A stretch of DNA of 64,000 nt, taken from contig JAAPAO010000131.1 in NCBI GenBank assembly GCA_013115145.1, forward strand, positions 1 through 64,000, given 5' to 3'. Under the pieces are notes generated by a model. It did no database searches and was not told the origin of the DNA. It was given only the letters and a program-made list of their open reading frames with translations. The translations under genes and the position numbers were made by a program. Below, piece after piece: positions 11,898 through 23,875 of the stretch (position 1 is its first letter; each line of letters begins with the position of its first letter). This DNA comes from Perkinsus chesapeaki ATCC PRA-425. Taxonomy: Eukaryota > Protista > Perkinsozoa.

Positions 11898-11900
<3 letters not shown>
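10493..11900 (+). CDS. moaA: GTP 3',8-cyclase (molybdenum cofactor biosynthesis protein A, radical SAM)
   Basis: [27 protein letters not shown] (CX3CX2C), [24 protein letters not shown]...NCLF (second Fe-S motif) and the C-terminal MMSIGG double-glycine. N-terminal extension resembles a mitochondrial transit peptide. Confidence 0.95.

Positions 11901-11965
<65 letters not shown>
11898..11965. repeat. (TGA)n microsatellite, about 22 units, starting at the moaA stop codon
   Basis: Directly visible perfect trinucleotide run. Confidence 0.98.
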
Positions 11966-12216
11966 TCAAGTGTCTATTTGTCAATATAGTTTTTAACCTA
12001 CTCAAACGTTCCTCTATTCGTTCGGCTCGGCTGCGGCTGCGGCTGCTGTCGGGTTATTATTGATCACTTGAGATGTAGCGCTGTCAATTAACTAAGTAGG
12101 GTCAATGCCACAACCGAGGCTCGGTTGTGGCAAGGATCTATGCGTGGCGTTTTGGCAAACTAGAGTTGAGGTTGTTATAATAACAGAGCCTCCGATACAG
12201 TGTGCGCTGCTGCTGT

Positions 12217-14450
12217 ATGTTTACCGATGTTACTGGACAAAGTGCGAATATAGAGGACATCGAGGTCGAGGATCCAGTTGTATTGAGTGTAGACGATGAT
12301 CCTGTGAACCAAATGGTCATACGTAGGCATGAGAGCACCCTCAACCTAGAGCTGGGGTGCTACTGCTGCTGCTGCATTCAGATTCCCTCCTCACGGCAGC
12401 TGGATACCAAGTAGATCAGGCTATGGACGGCTTCGAATGCCTAGAGTTGGCGCCCGAACCATACCATCTCTGCGATAAACGTTTCGGCAGATACTTGGCG
12501 AACAACAAGCTACCAAATCTCATCCTGTTGGATGCAGTGATGCCCGGAATGAGCGGGTCGGTGTTTTGCCACTTACAAGCAAGATGCTGATCCAGATACG
12601 ATGTAGCTCGCAAACTCCGGGAAGACTATCCCCCACGGTTGCCAATAATGATGATAAGTGCGAAATCGAGTACAGATGACGTGGTCAAGGGCCTGGGTGT
12701 TACGTGAGGAACCTACACCCGCATGTCTATGTCCAAGCCGAGAATCAGGTGTAATGATTACCTTTCAAAGCCTTTTGTGAAGGAAGAGGTTTTGGCACGC
12801 ATAGAGACACAGGTAGATCAAACCACTACCAACTTGCCGAAACACCGTCACGTATAGCAGTACGTCGCGATAGAACAATGGGTGAATCCAACAGATTAAC
12901 GTGCTCCTCGCTTAGAATACCGGAATCCGGTTGTCTGTTCTACCTCATGTGTCAAACTTCTATGATAAAGGGCACACTTGTGCGCCTTGGCTGCAGCACT
13001 GAACGTTTTATCAACAACCACAATCTCAGGTAAAGCTAAATGCCTACATTGATCGAATACAGCAGAACGCATACGATACTGCGATGCTCGAGTTCCTTCT
13101 TGGGGATGAGCTCATGAACAAGTGCGATGCCGGGCCCGCGAGCTCCCATCACCGCCGGTGACTCGCCGGCACTCCGTACAGGTTCGTGAAGTGTATCGAT
13201 GAAAATGGCTCTATCGATTTCGAGAAGGTCGGACAGGAAACCGCAGCTGACCTGTAGCATGCGAAATCAAGTGGTGCTCTTTCCTTCTGCACAGATGTCG
13301 CCAAGGAGGAGGAGGTGCTACTATATTGATGATGAAGACCGCTGAGGATATTGAGAACATGGAGGATCTGAAGTGCTTCTCAAACGCATGTGTAAAGAGT
13401 AGCAACATGAGAAGAGTGACGATGGTATGCAGATCGTCTTTGAGAAGCTACTAACAGAAGCAACTGACAGGCAGGGGGGCCCGGCTCTCCGACTAATCCA
13501 TGCCAACCAGCACTTGTGCGCCCTCGTTCATGGAAGCGCCAATCATGCGGCGGGTAAGTGAATGACTATTTCAAATACAATTACATAACTGTATCGTCAA
13601 GGGCTGTCAGTAAATAGTGTCTACTAGCACCACTCTACTTTGGTAAAGTTCCGGCGTTCGGGAGTCAATTCAGTGGATACTAGGAAATGGTGCTTGATCC
13701 AGAGCGTCCGTTTTCATTCTCTAGAACGTCCTTGACACTTCATTAGCACTTTCTTGGTATATTCAGATGCTATTTTATTCGCAAAAAGCTATCTGGAAGC
13801 CCTAAGGGCACTTCCAAGCATGGCACGGGTCAGAGTTAAGCTCGTAGTTCACACAGCCTCTGAGAAAAGCACTGGCGCCGGTGATCCGCTGATCATTGGG
13901 GTGGTTGGGGAGTCAATGCCGAGGTCTGTCACAGTGGGCACAGCAATGTCCAACGCTGGCTATTCGTTCAGGCTATTCGTGGTCAGTAGTGCACTGAGGT
14001 TGGCTCAGTTCATACTTGATGAAGTGCCGATGGCAAACGTCCAAAGGGACAGTTGCGTGCTTGTTACAGACGCCTGTGTGAATGCCCTTGCAGAGGAGGT
14101 GGGCAATGATAGCAAATGATAGCCACTTCAAACTTATCCATCAGCATCTGTCACAGTGTACTTTGGTAGAGCACGCAGAAGTACGCAAGATGGGGGACTT
14201 CCAGAATAACACGAGAACCGGAGAGCCAGTAAGGGTTGCTCATCCCAGCCGAGTTGGAAGCCTCATCAGGTGCATGTTTTTGCTATGGCTAGATCGACTA
14301 TGTCAGAGCCATCGACATCGAGTAAGTGCACCACAAGAACATAGCGTATGGGTTTGCCGGCCAGGGTACTCTTCCGTACAGCAGCAGCATATGATGGCAC
14401 AGAGCACCCTAGGTGAACATGACGAAGAGATAAGAAATCTGAGAGCTCAA
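12217..14450 (+). CDS. Response-regulator receiver domain fused to a degenerate class III nucleotide cyclase-like domain, multi-exon
   Basis: Receiver: VLSVDDDPVNQMV, LILLDAVMPGMSG, IMMISAK, DYLSKPF...LARIETQ. Then RLSVLPH (signalling-helix-like end) and VKLVVHT...IIGVVGESMPRSVTVGTAMSNA, resembling the cyclase motif GIHTG..VAGVVG..MPRY. Exon model after the receiver domain is uncertain. Confidence 0.65.
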
Positions 14451-14489
14451 GTCAGAGCAGCAGCCACCCGGGAAGCATGAATGGTACTG

Positions 14490-15999
14490 TACATCTCAGG
14501 TAAAAGAACTCACCGAGAACTACAATGAGAAGATGGCCAGAGCGGAGGAGGCAGCGCGAGCCCCTGCACTAGCAGGGGCTCCACCACCAGCTACTTGGTG
14601 CACTGCAGATGGTGAGGCGCAGCTCCTACGGTAGGGCCAGCTTGGCACGAAGGAACCATTCTCATCGCTAAGGCTGTTTGAGAAGCAAACCGTCACTAAA
14701 AGCCAAAGCAGTGGCTCACGGACGGACCTGCGAGAGGCAAGATTCCCTCTCTTGGCAGTAGCCAGGCTGATAAAACGCAACTCAGGCATTCAAAAGGAAG
14801 CGGACCGCCTCCTTGTCAGATGCTATAAGGTTTTTGAGATCAGAAATGATACGAGCGCTAGGTGAAGATGAATTACTGAGACGCTCTGGATAGGAGTATC
14901 TGTTTCAGATGGAGGAGATACACGAGGAGTTAAGGAGGCCACTGACCTACTAACAATGGAGGCGAGCTAGTTCGATAAGCTTCATTGACACATTCTTGCA
15001 GATGACATCTATACTAGCGGAAACAGATAGAGCAGAAGGCGAGAGCAGGAGCAAGCAAGAGGAAGGTAAGACAGAGAAATCTGGGTCTGGAATAATTAGT
15101 TTGAGGACATCACAATAGTATTGTGATGAGTGGTCGGATGGCGATTGTCACAATACCGTCCATCATCGTCCGACCACTCGTACATTCGAATGTTGGAGAT
15201 ATCGCCTGAAATTTGGAATGCATAGGTTCTCATTTTCGCGAGTAGCGTATAGCCGTCTTCACGTGACGGGTCCCGCATGTGGCAGATTCATCTAGCGATG
15301 GCGGCATCGGGCAAGAGAGCGGATCTCCTACGGGGCGCCGCGATCGATGGGAGCGTGAGAGGCTGGAGCAGGACGAGCAAGAATGCACGAAACTGAGGTG
15401 CGTTGCTGTTGCATTGTCGACCTATCGGATGCAGGCGTCGACTGAGAGCTCTGAAGTTGGCTCAAGATGTACGCTAGTCGAGGCCCCTTAATCAAGTCAG
15501 AAATGATTAAGTCCCCTTAATCATTTTCAGAAGCGTGATGATGAGAAGTACAGTAACACCAGAGCTACCAGCCCATCAATAGAAGGCGACCAGAGCTACG
15601 AGGTGTTCAATACCGCATGTTGATATCTGTCAGAAGAGTTTCAGTTACTGAGACTAGCGGCCGCTCGAAGAGAGAACGAATTCCTCCAACGCAATCTTCA
15701 GGATGCGCTGGATGAGAAAGTCCGGTAACGTGTCAAGTATTTTTCTTCCGTGGCCGAATTCAGGCGTCTTGGGAAGATCTGGCCAGAAGAATGGCTGAGG
15801 ATTCCCCATCTGCCGTAAGGGACCGAACTTCGACGGCTATCGTTGAAACCCTCACTCGTATCGAGGAAACAGAAGCTGACATTCAACTGTAAGCATCACG
15901 GCTGCCGATTTTTGATTTCCTCCATCTGGTCAGGCTACGATACAAACTTTTAAAGATGCAGGACGGCTACGACATCCCAGATGATAGTGATATCTAAGC
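14490..15999 (+). CDS. Coiled-coil hypothetical region, possibly the C-terminal part of the receiver-cyclase gene
   Basis: GT-AG bounded exons encoding Glu/Arg/Leu-rich heptad-like sequence (VKELTENYNEKMARAEE; ERERLEQDEQE), ending LLKMQDGYDIPDDSDI*. Confidence 0.4.
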
Positions 16000-16994
16000 G
16001 AAATAAAACTGAGTTTTCTATCTCGACACTTCTTGCGCTATGAGTAGTAACCTACTAACCGTCAGCCACTAATATAAGTTATAAGTGACCCGAGTGTCGG
16101 ACAAGTGCTTTTACAGGCAGACTGTACGCAACAACTTCCATTAACATCAACACTTCAATCAAACATGTCATGCAACCATTTGGCGCGTCCAGTGGCAAAG
16201 TCATCGAATCCACCTGAATGGAGAGTTCACTTTCTGTGAATATAACTGGGTTACGTGATGCCCGTCTGACTGTGGGGCTTTGCAGAACAATTGCGGCTAT
16301 TCGAGGCCCCGGAGGGAGGCTAGAGCTTCGGCCATTCTGGTAAAGTGGAGGGTTCGGGAGCGTGATCTCTCGCCTTGACCTCGGTCTGAGATGAAGCCAT
16401 TCGGTCGAGAATAACGAAATCTTATAGTCATAATATCCATCAGGGGGTCATTCTCACTGAAAAATGCTCAGCGCAAAATCAATGGAAGTTTTGTTATGAA
16501 ATGTTCCTAGACCAACAGGAAACGCCTAATGCATTTTTACTGGAAGCATTTGACGCTCCTCTATGACAGATTGATACTAACAGCCGCAGTCAACTGCTGC
16601 TGCAAACAAACTCACCCTTCTATGCCGTTGTTTGTGCCAACCTCTCTATTGTATCCAAAGGGGTGGAAATGGCAGCGAAATGCTCCCGTAAGAGGCCTGT
16701 GTCGACCGCCTCCGAAAGTGAACTGGGCAGCTTGTCCGGGCATGTAATGTCAGGGGAAATATAGCACAGTGCTATTAGCACTAGTAGGAATATCCACTAC
16801 CTAGATCTGCTTAACCATTTAAGATATAACCGCCACTATAAGATTAACAACATTAACAGGCTGATAGGATAGCAGTGAAAATGAAATGTTACCAGTAGAC
16901 GACAGCAAGTAGTTGACAAAGATAACACAGAGTACTTTAACGATACATTCAACTCATCACCGACGCCGAAATCCGAATAGTCTTGCTCGGGCTA

Positions 16995-17958
16995 CTAAAT
17001 TGTTGCTCGACTCTGATCGTGGCCATGAGAGACATCGTTAATCCAAGAGCTAATGAAAAAGTTGTTTTGCCACCCTGGTTGATGAGGCGCCAATCTCATG
17101 TACTGCGGGTCGATGTGCGATACATCCATATACGCTTGCTCTTTCATGGACAAATGTGAAGGCCCTTCTGAGGTAGTTTCGCTCCACTCAAAGCGCTGCT
17201 TTGATCGCTTCTTCTTTTTCTGAGCCTTCCGAGGCGTGCTGTTGTAGCCGTTTGGCAGCCCTGAAGCCATTGGCGTCGTCGTAGAGTTATTGGAGGCCGG
17301 TCCGCCCAGCCCTAGCGAACCGACGAGCTCACCGTCGCCGAACGCAACCTGACAAAATGAGTATATGTGCACACAGTCACGATAATTTAGCCAATTTTTT
17401 GAACGCGAAATATCATCTGTGTCTTACACAAGGCTCCTTGACCGAGTAGTTAGCAAAGAGTTTAAGCTCGTATTTGTTCCGTATCCATCGCTCAAGGTGC
17501 CGCGATGTGTCCGGATCCAGCCGATCACCTCCGTTACCCGCAGGGAACTGAGTGCCGTCTGGTTTGTGTATGTGTGGTGGGACATTATACCTGAGTAACT
17601 AACTGATCAACTTGCCGTCTGTAGGGGGAGACCTACTCGTAATAATCATTGGCCACTTTGTTGCCGATTGCATCGGCCAATGCTATCCATTCTGGCTTCC
17701 ACTTGTCTATGGTAGCCGACTGAACAAATGTTATATGTGTGCCTATTCCACGGTGGATGCCGGCACAGTTTGTGCCTGAAGCCGAAAGCTGTTGCCAAGG
17801 GGCCGTTCGTGACCCAGTGGAAAGTTACAAATAAAAACTCCGAGGTTGACTGAGGCCCATCGAGGATTAGGAGCGTTGCAGTCGGCGCAGACTGAGTTCT
17901 CGGGCCTGGCAAGTATTTCATCTAGATGGGGGTTTAGTGGGGCCACTGGAGTGCCCAT
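16995..17958 (-). CDS. ArfGAP domain protein
   Basis: [44 protein letters not shown] (zinc-finger start) and ERWIRNKYE, followed by a low-complexity tail. Confidence 0.9.
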
Positions 17959-18620
17959 AGAAGTAGTATGGTAAATAATAATAACAACTGATATACAAAT
18001 GAACACTACTGACCAACGACAACAAAAGAAGGACGAGTGTGGCTCGTGAAACTGAAGTTACGGCGACGACCTTGTCAAAGGAACGACACTAGTATATAGC
18101 TAAAACAACAATTGCCTCATTCGAAGCTGCTACTCCGCATGCCTCCTTCTACTATATTCCCCCGAGGTAGCGGACAACGGCTACAACGCCGTCGCCTGGA
18201 CAGACTACTATACTGGGAAAGTGAACAGATGAATGAGACATTGACACCAGAACGGTCGGGCCCAAAACAGTCGAGCCGGGGTTGAATGCCTGCCTAACTC
18301 CAAATACAGATAATGACCGGGAGTGCCGACGTAGTGCTGGGATACGTCACGACCTTGAATACAACCTAGTGATACGAAGGTACTCGTAGATAGTTCGACC
18401 ATTGGCAACTGGGCCCTAGAATGCGGGGAGCCATAGCTCTTGGTGATATACAAAGGGAGAGTTGCTTGCAATAGTACAGGAAATAGAGGTAAGGAGCAGC
18501 AACAACGATTGTGCAAGAGAAGGAGCACGGAAAGATAAAATTGGCATTTGGTCGTTCTTGTTTTTCTTCTTGGTGAGTAGATCGCCACCGTTAGAGTATA
18601 TAGGTCCATCACAACTAGTC

Positions 18621-19511
18621 TTATATCATAAAGAGAAGTTGAGCAACATATACCACAATAAGGGAGCCTATAATATCCTGGAAACAGGTCTCACCCGGCC
18701 CAGCACAGGCAGCGGGATCCAACTTAAATACAAACTGCACCAAGAGAGGGGACATCATACCAAATAGCCCACCGATGTTAGCGGTTAAGAATAAAACAAC
18801 AGCAACAACGAAACCAAACCACATATCTTCACCAGATATAGGTCCATGAAGCTTCCATGGACAGAGACCAAGACCGGTGGTCAACATTATGACAACCGAA
18901 AGGAAAAGAGAAGTGACGAAGTTAGCCTTAAGTTCGCCCCAGACTTCGTGACGCCAGGTCTTCTTGGTCACAATGCCCATGGCGAGCCAGCGGCTCATAT
19001 TGCTGCTGTTCTGCAGTGAAAAATTGCCAGCCACGGCAGTGACAACTGCACGTAGGCCCATGAATAGGTCAGCGCGGTCCTCACCAATGAGATTTCCCAG
19101 TTCACTAGAGCCTTGGGTATACAACAAAGACGGAATGAGTTCCAACAACAGAGTCACAAGAAGTGGCGTGAATCTCATCCAGTTTTTACGCAAAAATGTA
19201 GCGTGCTCATAGGGAAGGCTGGGAGCACTCTCTTCATCTGGAGCCACACCATTTCCGTCGTCATCATCATCACCAGCAGCGTCACTAAAGACTTCATCGG
19301 GCGGCGGCAACACCACATCGGCTTTGTCAGGGCTTGAAGGCTTATTAGAGTTAAACTCCTCAGTAACCGCGGTAGAGAGACTGCTGTTACTATTATTACG
19401 GACGTCAAAAGCCTGTAGTGGTGTACCGTCGGGAGGAATGTCGGCAATAGGGCGGTTAGGAATGGTATGGTCATCAGAGTAGGAGAAGGAGCTCGCGTTA
19501 ATAGCACACAT
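18621..19511 (-). CDS. mgtE: MgtE/SLC41-type Mg2+ transporter membrane domain, single exon
   Basis: 296-aa ORF: acidic N-terminal tail plus several hydrophobic helices with VAGNFSLQNSS and LDPAACAGPGETCFQDIIG (MgtE DPA..GP...D signature). Confidence 0.75.
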   Translation of the reverse strand: MCAINASSFSYSDDHTIPNRPIADIPPDGTPLQAFDVRNNSNSSLSTAVTEEFNSNKPSSPDKADVVLPPPDEVFSDAAGDDDDDGNGVAPDEESAPSLPYEHATFLRKNWMRFTPLLVTLLLELIPSLLYTQGSSELGNLIGEDRADLFMGLRAVVTAVAGNFSLQNSSNMSRWLAMGIVTKKTWRHEVWGELKANFVTSLFLSVVIMLTTGLGLCPWKLHGPISGEDMWFGFVVAVVLFLTANIGGLFGMMSPLLVQFVFKLDPAACAGPGETCFQDIIGSLIVVYVAQLLFMI

Positions 19512-19672
19512 GTTTATGGCATTACAGTAGGAGGAAGAAGTTCGAGTTTACGAAACCAGAGCTGACAAAAAATAACAATTCGTATCACCACTCGGAGGAG
19601 AGGAACGCAACGAAAGATTGGTGATGCGGAAGCCTGATCATGGTCATCATGGCATGCATAACAACTGAGGGT

Positions 19673-21900
19673 TTAATTAGGGCAGCCGCCGCCGCCGTAC
19701 TGCTGCTGGTGCTGCTGCTGGTGGTGTTGTTGTTGCTCGTCCTTGTACATTTGCACATTCCTCAGCCAGAGCCTGGTCTTCATGTATGCAGCGTAGGCCT
19801 CTAAACGCTCCTTCTGTTTATCCTTCATTTCCGGCGGTACCAACGACTCCAGCGGTTCCATGAGCTCTTCGTCCAGCTGCGTGCATGCCGTGATGGGGGA
19901 AAGCAACTTTACTGACTGCCACACCGGCGACGGTATCCTTGGCAGCCTGCCTAGTGACACTACTCCATCTGTCGTGAAAGCCGCTGGAGAGGCGGCGCCC
20001 GGCATCCGACTGACCGAAGGATGCACTCGAAGCGGGCCAATAAACGGGGCCGCTCCGGGCGAATTGTGGGGAAGTCCTTCGGTGTAGGCTACGATCTCAT
20101 CCACGCGCCTCTTGCCAGTCTTATCGAGATAAATGAATTGACCCGGGGTCTTCGGTGGGGTTATCTCCCCATCCTCCCACAGCACACCTACGCCGCCGAT
20201 CAGCTCCTCCTCAGCCTCCTTTGCTGCTGGTTTGATGGAATTACGTCTCTCTGCTGTCTGCTGCTGCTGAGGCGGCTGTAGTGGAGGCGGCTGCAGTGGA
20301 GGCGGCTGTAGCGGCTGATGGGGCGGCCCAAACGGCAGGGGAGGTGCCGCGGGCGGCAACTGTGCATATCCAGGCGGAGCTCGATCAAACGAGGATGGTG
20401 GAAGCGAGGGCGAGAGCTGGAACTGGGAGCCAGCGGCCTGTACGAAGGGAGGGGCATTTGAGTTCAGCGGCCGACTCGGAGGAACAGGTCTCCATTGTGT
20501 TGGCATCGGTGGTGATGCTACCGGAGGAGGCAAACCTTGCCCGGCCACCGTCATACCATGCCTGATGTAGGGGGAGTACTGGGACCTGTTATTATTGTGG
20601 TGATGATGGTGGCCGCCGTGATGGTCCATTGGTGGACGGTAACTTCTATGATACTCCGACATGGCTCGCCTAGCCGCCGCGGCAGCTGCCTGGTCATTGC
20701 TCATCATCCTATCGATGCCCGTTTCCCACGGTGGACGATGTCCACTATTCTGGCCATAGGTCAGCCCTGGCGTTGGCATCATTGGGCTGTACTGTATGGG
20801 GTGGTGATGGTTCTGTTGTTGATGGGCGAACGGGTTGATGCCAGGTGGCATGGTGTACCCGCTGGTGGCGTGCCCAGAATAGGCTGCTGGCTTAGGTGGA
20901 GTGAAGCTGCTCATTGATGGAGGGGTGTCCCATGGTTTCCTATGTCCTGTAAAGGTAGCTGGCGGGGAGGGTGGCGGCGGTGGCAGCCGCAAGTGGAAGT
21001 AACTTGGTCGTATAGTCATCACCTCCGGTAGTGCAAATGGCTCGGGCAAAGGCGATAGTCCGTACAGCTTACCCTGGCCAACTTCAGGGAAGGCCACGAG
21101 CTCCGCCGGCTGGGGCCTGCGAGCCTTCTTCTCGTCGTACTCTAACTTAGGATCCACCCAGTTGGGGTCAGCTTCCCGCCCTGGGTACCGCTTCAAGTGG
21201 AACACCGCGTTATGGCGCTGCTGCATATGCCAGAAACCATCGAATTTCCTAGCGTGAAATGGTATGAATTCAGGAGCCATGTGGTCAAATGGTGACGGCT
21301 TCATCCGTGCCACTTGCAATGGTGTCATCCCCGATGAAGGGGTAGAGGCTGGCGATATCTCCGGTGGAGATTCGCCCGGCAAGGGGGGCAACTGTAGGGA
21401 ACAAGCTGAAGCCTAGGCAGATGGAAGCCGCGCTCACCCCAGTAGCCGATCTCCCTTCAGCTTCTCCGGCCACCGGCGTCTGATTAGTGAATAACTTAAG
21501 CTAGTCCCCACTACCTGTTCTATTACCGGCACGAAGGTAAGGCCTTTGCAAAGGGATATCGGTATACGATCCCCCACGGGCCGACTTGGATCAAATACGG
21601 GAGAGTCCTCCGAGAGCAGGGCCGGTAGCTTCCCTCCTATGCTTTCCCGGAGCTTGAGCTCGCCTGGCGTGCAGGTGAAAGATACGTCATCTGTAACCGA
21701 CACTGTACTTTGGCGAAGAGGCAGCCGTTACTACCGCTATCTACTATAGAAGCGTCGCTGCAATCGGACATGTCCCCATGATTTGTAGACTCGTGAGAGA
21801 GCTGCATTACGAAAGAACTCAACTGACGCATCCCAGGTCCCCCATCGAATGTACGCAACTCCAGCAATGAAGAACTGCAGAGAGGCAATAATCTTTAATA
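19673..21900 (-). CDS. Proline/His/Gln-rich hypothetical protein with PAM2-like motifs; large terminal exon 21391-19673
   Basis: 572-aa ORF preceded by an acceptor (ctacag|TTG), with upstream in-phase exons near 21436-21478 and 21515-21700. The start is not defined. Confidence 0.6.
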
Positions 21901-22009
21901 GTACCTCATTAATACTAGTCTAATGGGAAGCACTGTGGCTACCACTGAGGTTCATAGCTTTAATAACAATAATATGAAACGGAATCATTATAGTATACCT
22001 GACCACGTA

Positions 22010-23525
22010 TTATCGGGAGGCAGCTTCAGGATTCTCGGACGGTTCAGAAGAGGAAGAGGAGCTCGTGCGTTTACGAGACAACCTGTGAGGGAGGAGGAGG
22101 AGCCCAGAAATAACTAGCGGGGACGACCGAGCTTAGTTGCTACTCCTGAATAGTGATGGTCCTTCCGTCAGGTCGAGGATCCATCATAAGGTAGCGCACG
22201 AACGCTTTGACTCGACGGTAATATTGGTCCCGATACCTGAAACACTTCACACAGTCATCACCGGGACTAGAACCCACGACCCAAGGATGCATGGCTCCGT
22301 ATTAAACCAATTACCGTATTTCGATGTCGTTATGTGTGGCACCTTTGACCCACCACGGCGGAAATAACGCTTCCGGGCAACCAAGCCGCGCTTCGTCGCC
22401 AGTAACAGCCTCTGCCAGCTGCATCCCATGCTCGCACGGTACCTTAGTAACGTACGCTTTCCATCCGAACTCCCCGGTGTCCGATTACCTCTTCGTCGTC
22501 AGTCCCATGGATAATGAAAACCGGTGGCGGTACGCGAGCTGTCCTTCGACGTGGCGACGCCTCCGCGAAATAATCGGATAATTTTTCTACATTACGATAA
22601 AGATCGAACCTGACACACCTGTCATCCAAAGATTCTTCAGAGGTTGATACACGTACCATGGTGTTCGACGAGGTCTATCATATGACTTATAAACTCTTAA
22701 ACCGCTAGCTATTGCACTATGCAAGATAAGCCCTCCAACAGGAACCTAGAGCGAGAATGGTGGCCCGGTAGAAGGCCGGTGAACTTACTTTGGTGTAGAG
22801 GTCAACTGCTGGGCCAGAACCGATGGATTGGCCGTAGAGGATAATGTTACTGGCCGGGATACCCAGTGATGTTACTGCAAAATCATACCTGGAGACGCAT
22901 ATTATCGGCAGGATTTGACGGAAATATGGTATTATTACACTCTTCTAATTGTACTATACGTGTTAGACTCACTTGGTTTACCACCGTTCAAGCCATACCT
23001 GGGAGCCTGGAATCTTCACGGTGCGAAAAAGCAAATATCTTACCCCGGATAGTCGTACGAAATGAGGTCAACTTTGAGGCGGCGCGCTAGATAACAGTGG
23101 GAGATCCAACTGTACCCTATGTCTAAGAGTTGAGAGAAATATGGTATGAAAAAATGCCCCTCCTATTACCAGTCGAATTGCCGTGGGAAAATATAATAGT
23201 CCATCGATCGGGATTCTCCACTGGCGACGAGTGCTTAAAATGAAACCCGTTTATATCACCAGGGAAGAGGATATGTTCACACGACAGCTTATCATCGCAG
23301 TAATAGGACAGGACGTCCGGTACCTGAATATCTTTAGGTCAGCTTGATGCCCTTGATTAGTAACCCTCTACTACCCTTATCGAAAGCCTTTGTCTTTCGT
23401 CCCGAAGCATAATAACAAGTCTGGTGGGCCCATAGGGATCGTTGCTCTTTTTCCATCGCCTTTTCTTGCATTTCAACGGGGCACCTAGCACTGCATAAAC
23501 CAACCATAACAGCCTTGAATCGCAT
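22010..23525 (-). CDS. ABHD17-like alpha/beta hydrolase (putative depalmitoylase), multi-exon
   Basis: IILYGQSIGSGPAVDL (nucleophile Ser), LILHSAIASGLRV, VFIIHGTDDE (Asp) and WWVKGATHNDIE (His). Both ends are approximate. Confidence 0.85.
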
Positions 23526-23875
23526 TACCCTCGTTTGGTGCTATGACGCCATAACCGCTCGGCCGCGGTGGATAGAAGGTCAAAGGGCGGACCTGAGAGT
23601 GTAAAAAATTGCGGTAGTGGAAATTAACCATGGCCTACCACACAGTCACGACAACCACAGATAGATATGCACCCGAAGCAGCATATTAGAGACATGCACC
23701 TCGAAAGCACTTCTGCAATTCTAGTGTTGGTGACAGAAATTATACATAATCGTTCGCACACTTATAATCGTGAGTGAATTATTTACACCTATATAATCGT
23801 CCGTCATGAATTTCCGCTCATACGGTGTCTCCAGCCCTTTTTCTGGCATAATTTTACTGTCCTTCTATCGAGACC

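Noticed and set aside
19860-20917. Plus-strand ORFs opposite the Pro-rich gene, and similar antisense ORFs over ABC-F, kinesin and the Lys-rich region
   Set aside because: Antisense shadows of GC-rich or low-complexity coding sequence.
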